Part shown: positions 1-8,751 of the stretch, one piece after another
How the letters are laid out: each line of letters opens with the position of its first letter
How positions within the stretch are numbered: the first letter of the stretch is position 1
DNA from: an uncultured Gammaproteobacteria bacterium
GTDB taxonomy: Bacteria; Patescibacteriota; Patescibacteriia; UBA11705; JABHMO01
Length of the DNA: 64,000 nt
Direction of reading: 5' to 3'
NCBI GenBank assembly: GCA_964590105.1
Contig: CAZPYM010000005.1
Location: forward strand, 19,015-83,014
Notes under the pieces: generated by a model
Database searches by the model: none
Told to the model about the DNA's origin: nothing
What the model saw: only the letters and a program-made list of their open reading frames with translations
Made by a program: the position numbers and the translations under genes

Positions 1-126
1 TGGCGAAATTAGGAAGGCGGGTCTGCCGGTGCCGCCGGGTTTTGTGATTTTGGCCGGGGCATTTGAGCGATTCCTGACGGAAACAGATTTGAAAATGGAA
101 ATTGAAACCGCTCTGAAAAAGATTTG
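1..126 (+). pseudogene. Truncated duplicate fragment of a PPDK_N-type ATP-grasp gene (paralog of 1225..2220)
   Basis: Frame 1 reads GEIRKAGLPVPPGFVILAGAFERFLTETDLKMEIETALKKI then a stop. This is about 80% nt identical to 1300..1440 of the intact downstream gene but terminates immediately. Its start lies outside the window. Confidence 0.45.
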
Positions 127-152
127 ACCCCAGGAATAATTATTTTTATAGT

Positions 153-1244
153 ATGAAAATCTCAGATTTGAAAAACATTGAATACTGGGCGGAAGAATAC
201 AAGCTTCCTTTGTTTTTGCTTAGCAATAGCTCCGGGGCATTTTCTGATAATTTAATATTTCTTTACAAGAATAATACTATCGGTCTTTATGCTTTTGGAA
301 GTCGCAAAAAGGCTGATGAGCAAAAAGGGTATACTTATTTCATGAAAAAGGACGGGTTTCAAAAATATTTTTTCAGGGTAGAAAAAATTGAAAAATTAGT
401 TAACGCTTTTGTCGATCGAGTTAAAAAACAAAAATTAAAACAACTGGATAATCAAGAATTACAAAATTTATTTTGGGAAAGTCTACGGGTTTTAGAGAAA
501 TATGGCAAAGTGTATGACAAGGCAGAGCCGATTTACCTAAAAAAGTTTGAAAACATAAAAAATAGAAAAGTTCAAAGCAAATTAAATCAAGTCGCAAAAC
601 ATAGATTAAAATTAAAAAAGATGAGCAAGGATATTTTTTATGTTTTGATTGAAAAAATATTAAAAGAATTAGCCGGAAGATCTAGGGTAACGTTTAATGA
701 TTTGTACTTTTACACCATGGATGAGTTGGTTGCGCTATTATTAAAAAACAGAAAAGTAAATATTCAAAAAAGAAAAAATGGTTATATCTTATTCAAATTT
801 AAGGGTAAAAAAGAGATTATTGTTGGACAAAGCTTTATAAAATTTAAACAGTATATAGCAAAAAAAGAAAAATCAGATTTTCAAAACAAAGAGCTTTTTG
901 GCACGGTGGTTAGTAAAGGAAAAGTACAAGGCAGGGTTACTTTACTTTTACATAATAAAAAGAATTTAAATAAAGTGGTTAAAGCTTTTAAAAAAGGAAG
1001 TGTCTTGGTTACGGAAATGACTAGACCAGATTCAATTATGGCGTGTAAAAAGGCAAACGCAATCATTACCGATGAAGGTGGCATAACTTGTCACGCTGCA
1101 ATCATAAGCCGTGAATTCAAAATCCCCTGTGTTGTTGGGACAAAGATCGCAACCAAGGTTTTGAAAGATGGTGACTTGGTTGAAGTTGATGCTGATAAGG
1201 GAGTAATTAAAATTATAAAACAATATGTTAATGAAAAATTTTAA
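153..1244 (+). CDS. PEP-utilising-enzyme mobile (phospho-His swivel) domain protein with a Lys-rich N-terminal domain
   Basis: The C-terminus ITDEGGITCHAAIISREFKIPCVVGT matches the PEP-utilizers swivel domain signature. It overlaps the next gene by 20 nt. Confidence 0.75.
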   Translation: MKISDLKNIEYWAEEYKLPLFLLSNSSGAFSDNLIFLYKNNTIGLYAFGSRKKADEQKGYTYFMKKDGFQKYFFRVEKIEKLVNAFVDRVKKQKLKQLDNQELQNLFWESLRVLEKYGKVYDKAEPIYLKKFENIKNRKVQSKLNQVAKHRLKLKKMSKDIFYVLIEKILKELAGRSRVTFNDLYFYTMDELVALLLKNRKVNIQKRKNGYILFKFKGKKEIIVGQSFIKFKQYIAKKEKSDFQNKELFGTVVSKGKVQGRVTLLLHNKKNLNKVVKAFKKGSVLVTEMTRPDSIMACKKANAIITDEGGITCHAAIISREFKIPCVVGTKIATKVLKDGDLVEVDADKGVIKIIKQYVNEKF

Positions 1245-2220
1245 ACAACTCTCAAAAAAAGATGTCGCTTTGGCGGGTGGGAAAGGCGCTTCTCTTGGAG
1301 AAATGACCCAAGCGAAAATGCCGGTGCCAGCCGGTTTTGTGATTTTGGCCGGAGCTTTTGATCGGTTTTTGGCGGAAGCTGATTTAAAAATGGAAATTGA
1401 AAACGCTTTGAAAAAAGTAAATCCCGATAATATCAATTCCGTGGAAAAAGCTTCCAAAGCAATTCAGGACATGATTTATGATGCCATTATGCCGGAAGAT
1501 ATTGCCAGGAAAATTGAACGAGATTTTGCCAAGTTAAAAGCAACTTACGTGGCGGTTCGCAGTTCAGCTACAGCGGAAGATTCAGCCATTGCCAGCTGGG
1601 CAGGGGAGCTAGACAGTTATTTGAATGTTACAAAAAAGAATTTGCATGAATCTGTGAAAAAATGCTGGGCCTCGCTTTTTACGCCTCGAGCAATATTTTA
1701 TCGGTTTGAAAAACAATTACATAAACAAAAAGTTTCAGTAGCCGTAGTTGTTCAAAAAATGGTTCAGGCAGATGTTTCGGGAATTACTTTCACTGTTCAT
1801 CCAGTTACGGAAGATAGAAATCAAATGGTGATTGAGGCGGGCTGGGGATTGGGAGAGGCGATTGTTGGCGGGAAGATTACGCCGGATACTTATATCGTGA
1901 AAAAACCCAAAATTCAAAATCCAAAATCTAAAAGAAATTCAAAATTTAAAATTCCAAACTCAAGGAACCTTATAATAATGGATAAAAATGTTTCTGAACA
2001 AAAGATGATGGTTGTCCGGGGTGCGAAGGGGACGGTTGGAAAATCAGTGCCAAAAGCAAAACGCCATAAGCAGAAAGTCTCCGATAAACAGATTTTAAAG
2101 TTGGCTGAAATTTGTTTGGATATTGAAAAGCATTACAAAAAACCGCAGGATATTGAGTGGGCGATTGAGAAAAATAAGATTTATATTTTGCAGGCGAGGC
2201 CGATAACAACGTTGAAGTGA
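1225..2220 (+). CDS. Pyruvate-phosphate-dikinase/PEP-synthase N-terminal ATP-grasp (PPDK_N) domain protein
   Basis: GGKGASLGEM, VPAGFVILAGAF, RSSATAEDSAIASWAG and IEWAIE-like motifs are typical of the PPDK_N nucleotide-binding domain. There is a Lys-rich insert PKIQNPKSKRNSKFK. Confidence 0.75.
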   Translation: MLMKNFKQLSKKDVALAGGKGASLGEMTQAKMPVPAGFVILAGAFDRFLAEADLKMEIENALKKVNPDNINSVEKASKAIQDMIYDAIMPEDIARKIERDFAKLKATYVAVRSSATAEDSAIASWAGELDSYLNVTKKNLHESVKKCWASLFTPRAIFYRFEKQLHKQKVSVAVVVQKMVQADVSGITFTVHPVTEDRNQMVIEAGWGLGEAIVGGKITPDTYIVKKPKIQNPKSKRNSKFKIPNSRNLIIMDKNVSEQKMMVVRGAKGTVGKSVPKAKRHKQKVSDKQILKLAEICLDIEKHYKKPQDIEWAIEKNKIYILQARPITTLK

Positions 2221-2257
2221 GAAAACGAGAAATCAAGAAAATAAAAAAACAATTATT

Positions 2258-3418
2258 ATGAAAAGCATAATACAGCAAATAAAAAAAACAAAGTGGTTCT
2301 TTGGCATCAGAAGAGAAGAGTCTTTGTTTTTTTATTCCGCCAAATATTATAATCGAGAAAAATTAACAAAAAGGCAATATGGGAGCAATTTTGTCGAGAG
2401 CGTTTTGTTTCCCAGGGAAAAGCATAATTTAATTAGGCTTTTTAATTTGAATCAATCTAAAATCTTTCATAGTGAATCAGAAAAAAAGATTTTAAAAGAC
2501 CCGACTGTTTTAGAGAAAAACATAAGCAAAGATTATACTTTGTGGAAGCGAATAGATGCGTTGAGTAATAAACTTAAAAATAGCATTAAACAAAATGATT
2601 ATAATTTTAGTTTGAAATTATTTAAAAAACTTATTGAAAAATACGGCGTTTACGGGACAGACTTTTTTGTTATATTTTCACAAGGCATGAAGCTTGAACA
2701 AAACAAAGACAACGTCAACAAATCTGCGTTAAGAAGTCTTGAGAAACATAACAAGTGGAGAAACACAGTTGCTTTTGAAGAAGAAAAGTTAGGCAAGGTC
2801 CTGTTTTGTTTTATAAAGTTTTTAACAAAAAAAACTGGTTTAAAAGTAGCGCCGCTTCAATTAATGAAGTATTTGTCAGTAAGGGAAGTAATTGGTTTTG
2901 CAGAAGGACGAATTAATAATAAACAAATTGAGAGTAAAGTAAAAGCCAGAAAGCAAAATGGTTGCGCGTTTTTTTATTTAAGAAACAAAAAATATCAAGG
3001 CATAGTGATTGACGATAAAAAAACAACAAAACAATTAACCAGTCATTTTTCAAAGTTGTTAAAAGTTCAAAAAGCACAGTCATTAAATGGCATTATTGGG
3101 CAGTCAGCGTTTAGTGCAAAGAATAAAGTTAAAGGCGAGATTATTGTTATAAAAGATAAAAATATTTTGCAAAAAATAAAACCAAATCTTGCCAATAAAA
3201 TTTTAGTTACTACGCAGACTTCGCCACATTTTCTTCCTTATCTTAAAAAAGTTAAAGCAATTATTACAGATGAGGGCGGCATTACTTCGCATGCGGCAAT
3301 TATTTCGCGAGAATTTAAAATTCCTTGCATCATTGGTACGCAAAATGCCACGCGGGTGTTGAAAAATAATGATATGGTGGAACTGGATTTGAAATGCGGC
3401 ACTATTAAAATATTATAG
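2258..3418 (+). CDS. Second PEP-utilising swivel-domain protein (paralog of 153..1244)
   Basis: The C-terminus ITDEGGITSHAAIISREFKIPCIIGT gives the same swivel motif. Its architecture parallels 153..1244. Confidence 0.75.
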   Translation: MKSIIQQIKKTKWFFGIRREESLFFYSAKYYNREKLTKRQYGSNFVESVLFPREKHNLIRLFNLNQSKIFHSESEKKILKDPTVLEKNISKDYTLWKRIDALSNKLKNSIKQNDYNFSLKLFKKLIEKYGVYGTDFFVIFSQGMKLEQNKDNVNKSALRSLEKHNKWRNTVAFEEEKLGKVLFCFIKFLTKKTGLKVAPLQLMKYLSVREVIGFAEGRINNKQIESKVKARKQNGCAFFYLRNKKYQGIVIDDKKTTKQLTSHFSKLLKVQKAQSLNGIIGQSAFSAKNKVKGEIIVIKDKNILQKIKPNLANKILVTTQTSPHFLPYLKKVKAIITDEGGITSHAAIISREFKIPCIIGTQNATRVLKNNDMVELDLKCGTIKIL

Positions 3419-3489
3419 AATTATTTCGATAATGTAAGGGCTCAAGATTTTGAACCTTTACAGCATTGGAGAGATTTTTTTGAAAAAAA

Positions 3490-3521
3490 ACAGCGGCTTA
3501 CCAAGGTGTGGTAAACCGCTG
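3490..3521. terminator. 12-bp-stem hairpin (1 mismatch) between convergent genes, flanked by A-run and T-run
   Basis: cagcggcttacc-aaggtgt-ggtaaaccgctg. Confidence 0.4.
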
Positions 3522-3538
3522 CATGTTGCGGTCGAGTT

Positions 3539-4159
3539 CTAGGCGAACTCTACGACACGGTAGCAACCGAGTCCGAGAGCATCGGTTGGCCGAGTGCCCG
3601 TGAGTCCCTCGACGATCAGGCGATCGTGAGGGCTGTGGTTGATGATGATGGTGAGCTCTTCGTTGCCCTCCCTCGTTGCCGTCAACACACGAGCAACCGG
3701 AGCCTTGAGCAGGGGGAGGTGAAGACGAAGCAAGGCTTCATCCCAGCCGAGCTCAGCGGCGGCTTTCTGGAAGGCCGTATCCTGGCGCAGTGAACGCCAG
3801 ATCGGGCCGTCTTCAGCCGAGGAATAGAAGTCCGTCCGGATTTCTTCCCTCGGGAAACAGAAGCCTCCTTGTCGTCCGGCTTCCTTCAGCCAGCCGGCGA
3901 ACCTGAGATCTTCCTGGATGACACGCAGGGTGTCAAGCCCGCGCAGGCTGCCGCTGACCAGGAAGGCGATCTTCAGCGGCGGATTCATGTCAAAGGGGTC
4001 GTAGCGGAACACCTCGCAAATGACACGGTAAACTTCAGCGGTCATTTTGCGCATTTCTTCGCGAACCCTTTTCTTTCCATTTTCGGTCAGCGGGCCGTCA
4101 TTGGCCATCTGTTTCTCGTAGTCGCCATGTCTGAAAATCACTGCAATTCGTTTTTCCAT
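3539..4159 (-). CDS. Histidine phosphatase superfamily (phosphoglycerate-mutase-like) protein
   Basis: N-terminal VIFRHGDY (RHG catalytic motif). The gene is about 60% GC in an AT-rich neighbourhood. Confidence 0.7.
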   Translation of the reverse strand: MEKRIAVIFRHGDYEKQMANDGPLTENGKKRVREEMRKMTAEVYRVICEVFRYDPFDMNPPLKIAFLVSGSLRGLDTLRVIQEDLRFAGWLKEAGRQGGFCFPREEIRTDFYSSAEDGPIWRSLRQDTAFQKAAAELGWDEALLRLHLPLLKAPVARVLTATREGNEELTIIINHSPHDRLIVEGLTGTRPTDALGLGCYRVVEFA

Positions 4160-4327
4160 CTAGATCCTCCATGTTGAAAAAGTACAAATCTGACTAACTA
4201 CAGAGTATATCAAATTTTTTAGAAAAAGTCAAGGGTTATTTTGGTGTTTATTGTAAATTTAGATAAATTGTTCGGATTAAATCGGTAAATTAACATGCAA
4301 ATTATAAGGAATTGAAGATGAATATTA

Positions 4328-4963
4328 ATGGTAGAAAAATTTCAAAATAAATACAGGATCGCGACAACCCGCATGCAAAATTGGGATTATTCATCGGATG
4401 GATTTTATTTCATCACCATTTGCACGTGTAATAGAATAGAATATTTCGGGAATGTTATTGATGCAAAAATGGAATTAAATGAATATGGGAAGATTGCGGA
4501 TATGTTTTGGTTGGAAATGATAGAACATTTTCCGTTTGTTGAATCGGATGAATATGTCGTAATGCCAAATCATGTGCATGGGATTATTCGTATTAACAAT
4601 CCCGATTTTTTGACGGAAATAATTCATGAAAATGGTCATGCCGGCGTTGTAGAGACAATTCATGACAATGGTCATGCCGGCGTTGTAGAGACAATTCATG
4701 AATTGTCTCTACAACAACCGGGGGCGACGTGTATTTCCCGTCGCCAAATGTTATTGTCAAAAATAATCGGTCGGTATAAAATGCAATCGGCGAAACAGAT
4801 CAATCAATTGCGCGAAACAACAGGCCAACCATTTTGGCAATCGCGGTTTTATGACCATATAATACGAAATCAGGAATCATTGGAACGGATAAGGCATTAT
4901 ATAAGAGTGAATCCTGAAAAATGGTTTAGGGATAGAAATAACGAATTCGGATTAAATATGTAA
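4328..4963 (+). CDS. IS200/IS605-family (Y1 HUH, COG1943/RayT-like) transposase-like protein
   Basis: HuH motif NHVHGII. C-terminal FWQSRFYDHIIRN...RHYIRVNP is typical of IS200-like Y1 transposases. Confidence 0.65.
   Translation: MVEKFQNKYRIATTRMQNWDYSSDGFYFITICTCNRIEYFGNVIDAKMELNEYGKIADMFWLEMIEHFPFVESDEYVVMPNHVHGIIRINNPDFLTEIIHENGHAGVVETIHDNGHAGVVETIHELSLQQPGATCISRRQMLLSKIIGRYKMQSAKQINQLRETTGQPFWQSRFYDHIIRNQESLERIRHYIRVNPEKWFRDRNNEFGLNM
4625..4715 (+). repeat. In-frame 36-bp tandem duplication (2 copies) ending in a perfect 15-bp-stem hairpin, inside the transposase ORF
   Basis: catgaaaatggtcatgccggcgttgtagagacaatt / catgacaatggtcatgccggcgttgtagagacaatt, then gttgtagagacaatt-catg-aattgtctctacaac (4682..4715). 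Confidence 0.9.
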
Positions 4964-4974
4964 TTCTTTTTAAT

Positions 4975-5667
4975 ATGATAACCCAAATAAAATTCGAATT
5001 AAAAAAATACGCCCGACCGGATAAAGTCGCCATTTTCCAAAATTTTTTTAAAACCGGCAAAGGGCAATATGGCGAGGGTGATGTTTTCATTGGCGTGAAT
5101 GTACCGGATACAAGATTGGTCGCAAAAAAATATAAAGATGCGCCATTGAGCGTGGTTGAAAAATTATTCAAATCAAAAATTCATGAGGAACGCTTGCTCG
5201 GCGTTTTTATTCTGGTGCAAAAATATGAAAAAATAAACAACGATACGATAGTCGAATTTTATTTGAAGCACAATCAGAAAATTAACAACTGGGATCTGGT
5301 GGATATGAGCGCGCCGAATATTGTCGGGCATTATTATTTTAATAAAAATAGAAGTCCATTGCGCCGACTGGCAAAATCTGATAACCTTTGGGAAAGGCGT
5401 ACCGCCATTATTGCCACATTTTATTTTATTCGAAGGGGACAGTTTGATGAAACCCTGGCAATCGCGCAGATATTATTGAACGATAAACATGACCTGATTC
5501 ACAAAGCTGTCGGCTGGATGCTCCGTGAGGTCGGCAATCGCGAGAGAAAAGTTGAAGAAGAATTTTTAATAAAGCATTATCGGAAAATGCCACGGACAAT
5601 GTTGCGCTATGCGATTGAAAAATTTGAAGAACCTTTGAGACTGAAGTATTTGAAAGGGATAGTTTGA
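4975..5667 (+). CDS. DNA alkylation repair enzyme (AlkD/AlkC-like HEAT-like-repeat glycosylase family)
   Basis: Family-like stretches WERRTAIIATFYFIRRGQFDETL and HKAVGWMLREVG. Confidence 0.6.
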   Translation: MITQIKFELKKYARPDKVAIFQNFFKTGKGQYGEGDVFIGVNVPDTRLVAKKYKDAPLSVVEKLFKSKIHEERLLGVFILVQKYEKINNDTIVEFYLKHNQKINNWDLVDMSAPNIVGHYYFNKNRSPLRRLAKSDNLWERRTAIIATFYFIRRGQFDETLAIAQILLNDKHDLIHKAVGWMLREVGNRERKVEEEFLIKHYRKMPRTMLRYAIEKFEEPLRLKYLKGIV

Positions 5668-5745
5668 ATTATGAATTATGACGTATGAATTGTGAATTAA
5701 GTTTAAAGACAAATTTACAAATATTATAAATAAGAAGAAAACATT

Positions 5746-6351
5746 ATGAAAAAGATTTATTTGCTGGCAAGTTTGATTCTAGTTTTTGGTTTAACCGCCT
5801 GCACAAGCGTTGCACCTGACCAGCCAAAAGTTGATTCGGAAAAAGTAAACATTGAAAAGGAAGTTAAAAAAGCAACAACCGAAGCCGATACAGTTGAAAA
5901 TGACGGCCTTGAACAAGTCGAAACGCCAGAGTACGATTTGACCGGCTGGCGTGATTTTGAATCAAAGGTTGTTCCGGTGAAGTTTAAGTATCACAAAAAT
6001 TGGTATTACGGCCAAATCAAAACTGAAGCTGATTTCAAGTTGTACCGTTTTGCCGCGACTGAGGATGAGCTATCTGCGGAATATATCAATCCGGAAATAG
6101 CTGAGTATATTGAATTGTATATGTCTGAGGTGAATGCGGTGTCAGACGAATTTTTGACTGAGAATTCAGATAACCCAACTTATAACGAGAAAAAACTTTC
6201 AAATGGGGCAACTTTGGTTTCGGTTGACCTTGGTGATTATAAAACGTATCGTTTAGTGAAAGATAATCAAGCATTTGAATTCAGAGCTTACCAAGAGGAA
6301 CATAATGAGATTTTAGATAAGATGATTTCGACATTAAAATTTGTAGAGTAG
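5746..6351 (+). CDS. Lipoprotein, hypothetical
   Basis: Signal peptide with lipobox LTAC (MKKIYLLASLILVFGLTAC). Confidence 0.6.
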   Translation: MKKIYLLASLILVFGLTACTSVAPDQPKVDSEKVNIEKEVKKATTEADTVENDGLEQVETPEYDLTGWRDFESKVVPVKFKYHKNWYYGQIKTEADFKLYRFAATEDELSAEYINPEIAEYIELYMSEVNAVSDEFLTENSDNPTYNEKKLSNGATLVSVDLGDYKTYRLVKDNQAFEFRAYQEEHNEILDKMISTLKFVE

Positions 6352-6368
6352 CGAGTGGTGAATGATTT

Positions 6369-7625
6369 ATGCCAATAATTAAAATTGAAAAACTGGTAGC
6401 GGGCGGGCAGGGGCTGGCCAGACACGATGGCTGTGTTTATTTTGTCTGGGATGCATTGCCGGGAGAAGAAGTGGAAGTTGAAGTGATAAAAAAGAAAAAA
6501 AACTATGCTGAGGCTGTGGTCACAAAAGTTATTTCAGCTTCGCCCGAAAGAATAGAATCGCGGGAAGCGCATTATTTGAATTGCAGTCCTTGGCAGATTT
6601 TATCCTGGCCGGAAGAATTAAAGTGGAAAAAAATAATCGCCACGGAAAATTTTTTACGGCTGGCAAAGATTGAATTGCCGGCGGATTTGCAAATCGTGGC
6701 GGATAAAAAAAATCAATATCATTATCGCAATAAAATCGAATTCAATTTTATTTATTGCCGAAGCGAATTGCATTTGGCACTTTTTGAACGAAAAACCAAT
6801 GAGCTGCGACTTGTTGAGGAATGTTGCTTGGCGGATGAAAAGTTGAACGATGCGGCCAAAAATATTTTGGCGTGGCTGAATACGCGAGTTGATGCGAAAA
6901 ACTTTCAAAAGTTGGTAGTGCGAGGCGACAGCGGCGGCAGAATATTGGCAGGATTATATGCCAGGAATAAAATTAGTGATTTTATTTGTCCTTTGCTGGA
7001 CAAAACATTGGTTGGCGTGAGTTTTTTTCAGTGGAGCGGCGATGATAATTGGCGGTTGGAACGTCAATTGGGCGAAAATTATCTGGCGGAAACAATAAAT
7101 AACATAGAACTTCGCTATGGAATTGAAAGTTTTTTTCAGATAAACACGCTGATTTTCAAGATAGCTATTGACGACATGGCCGGATTCATTGATTCAAATG
7201 ACAGCGTACTTGATTTTTACTCGGGCGTCGGTTCAATCAGTCTCATGCTCGCCAAAAAGTTCAAAACTGGGCAATTGATCGAATCGAACGATGAAGCGGC
7301 AGGATTTGCCGAGCAAAATATTGAATTGAATAAAATTAAGAATTGCCGGGCGAAAAGAGTGAGAGCGGAAGAAGCCGCTGATTTGATCAGCGCAGAAAAC
7401 GTTGTGCTCCTGGATCCGCCGCGCGCCGGATTGGAGAAAATATTGACGGCGGAGATTATCAAGAAACAACCAAAGCGTTTAATTTATTTATCTTGCGATA
7501 TCGCCACGCAAGCGAGAGACATTGCGCAGTTAAAAGATTTTTATAATCTGGAGTTTATAAAATTGTATAACTTTTTCCCGCGCACGCCGCATATAGAAAG
7601 TTTAGTTATTCTAGATAAAATATGA
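6369..7625 (+). CDS. RNA (uracil-5)-methyltransferase, RlmD/TrmA family, with N-terminal TRAM domain
   Basis: TRAM-like N-terminus. The SAM motif DFYSGVGSISL, a LLDPPRAG-type motif and a C-terminal nucleophile region are present. Confidence 0.75.
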   Translation: MPIIKIEKLVAGGQGLARHDGCVYFVWDALPGEEVEVEVIKKKKNYAEAVVTKVISASPERIESREAHYLNCSPWQILSWPEELKWKKIIATENFLRLAKIELPADLQIVADKKNQYHYRNKIEFNFIYCRSELHLALFERKTNELRLVEECCLADEKLNDAAKNILAWLNTRVDAKNFQKLVVRGDSGGRILAGLYARNKISDFICPLLDKTLVGVSFFQWSGDDNWRLERQLGENYLAETINNIELRYGIESFFQINTLIFKIAIDDMAGFIDSNDSVLDFYSGVGSISLMLAKKFKTGQLIESNDEAAGFAEQNIELNKIKNCRAKRVRAEEAADLISAENVVLLDPPRAGLEKILTAEIIKKQPKRLIYLSCDIATQARDIAQLKDFYNLEFIKLYNFFPRTPHIESLVILDKI

Positions 7626-8047
7626 AAATTACTATTTGTAGCAGTTTGTCTTTTGTTGAGGATGTAATAAAAGTTCGAGATAAACTGGTTCAATGTGGCC
7701 ATGATGTTTTGTTGCCGGAATCTATGAATGAATGTATAGTTTTGGGGGTAAAAGATGCAAAAGCATACTCAAAAGAAAAGCAAGATCAAAGTGTTCAAAA
7801 TATTACTGATAAAATGCGTTTACATTTTGAAAAAATAAAAGATTCAGATGCAATTTTGGTTTTTAATCATTTTAAAAAGGAAGTTGAAAATTATATCGGT
7901 CCAAGCAGTTTTTTGGAAATGGGAATTGCTTTACATTACGGAAAGAAAATCTTTTTGTTAAACCCAATTCCAGATATGGGACTTAGGGATGAAGTTCATG
8001 CTATGCAGCCGGTAATTTTAAATGGAGATTTAAGTTTAATAAAATGA
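7622..8047 (+). CDS. Hypothetical protein (possibly nucleoside 2-deoxyribosyltransferase-like fold)
   Basis: ATGA overlap with the upstream gene and a 4-nt overlap with truB place it in an operon. Weak resemblance only. Confidence 0.35.
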   Translation: MKITICSSLSFVEDVIKVRDKLVQCGHDVLLPESMNECIVLGVKDAKAYSKEKQDQSVQNITDKMRLHFEKIKDSDAILVFNHFKKEVENYIGPSSFLEMGIALHYGKKIFLLNPIPDMGLRDEVHAMQPVILNGDLSLIK

Positions 8048-8685
8048 AACTTGAAGGAATAGTTACAATCAATAAACCAAAAGGACCGACTTCGCATGAT
8101 ATTGTCGATCAGGTTAGGAGGTTAACCGGCGAAAGGCGCGTCGGGCACGCGGGAACGCTCGACCCCCTGGCAAGCGGTGTTTTAGTTGTCGCTATTGGAA
8201 GAGAAAATACAAAAAAAATAAACGAAATTGTGAAAACCGAGAAAGAATATGTTGCCAAGATTAAATTAGGTGAAACGAGCAATACTGATGATGAAGAAGG
8301 AGAAAAAGTTAAAATTTTGAATGTAAAAGGTAAAAGTATTGAAGACATAAAACAAATATTTGGTGGTTTTGTAGGAGAAATTAAACAGGTGCCGCCGGTG
8401 TTCAGCGCTATTAAATTAAAAGGCAAAAAATCATATGAGTTGGCGAGAAAAGGAAAGGCGGTTGCGCTCGAACCAAGAAAAGTTTTAATAAAGCAAATTG
8501 AACTTCTTGAGTATGAATGGCCCTACTTGGAAATTAAAGTTGTTTGCGGGCCTGGTGTTTATATTCGCGCTCTGGCCAGAGATATTGGCGAAAAATTGAA
8601 AACTGGGGCATATTTGGCAGAGCTGCAAAGAACCCGAGTCGGTGATTATACGATAGAACAGGCGATTGACTTGGATAAAATATAA
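8044..8685 (+). CDS. truB: tRNA pseudouridine(55) synthase
   Basis: GPTSHDIV and HAGTLDPLASGVLVV catalytic Asp motif. Confidence 0.9.
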   Translation: MKLEGIVTINKPKGPTSHDIVDQVRRLTGERRVGHAGTLDPLASGVLVVAIGRENTKKINEIVKTEKEYVAKIKLGETSNTDDEEGEKVKILNVKGKSIEDIKQIFGGFVGEIKQVPPVFSAIKLKGKKSYELARKGKAVALEPRKVLIKQIELLEYEWPYLEIKVVCGPGVYIRALARDIGEKLKTGAYLAELQRTRVGDYTIEQAIDLDKI

Positions 8686-8751
8686 TTAACACCTAAAATT
8701 TAAGTTAATTGCTATTTTGGTGTATAATATAAAGGAACTAAAATTCATTTT

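Noticed and set aside
3869-4177. 102-aa ORF on the plus strand
   Set aside because: Antisense shadow inside the GC-rich histidine-phosphatase gene.
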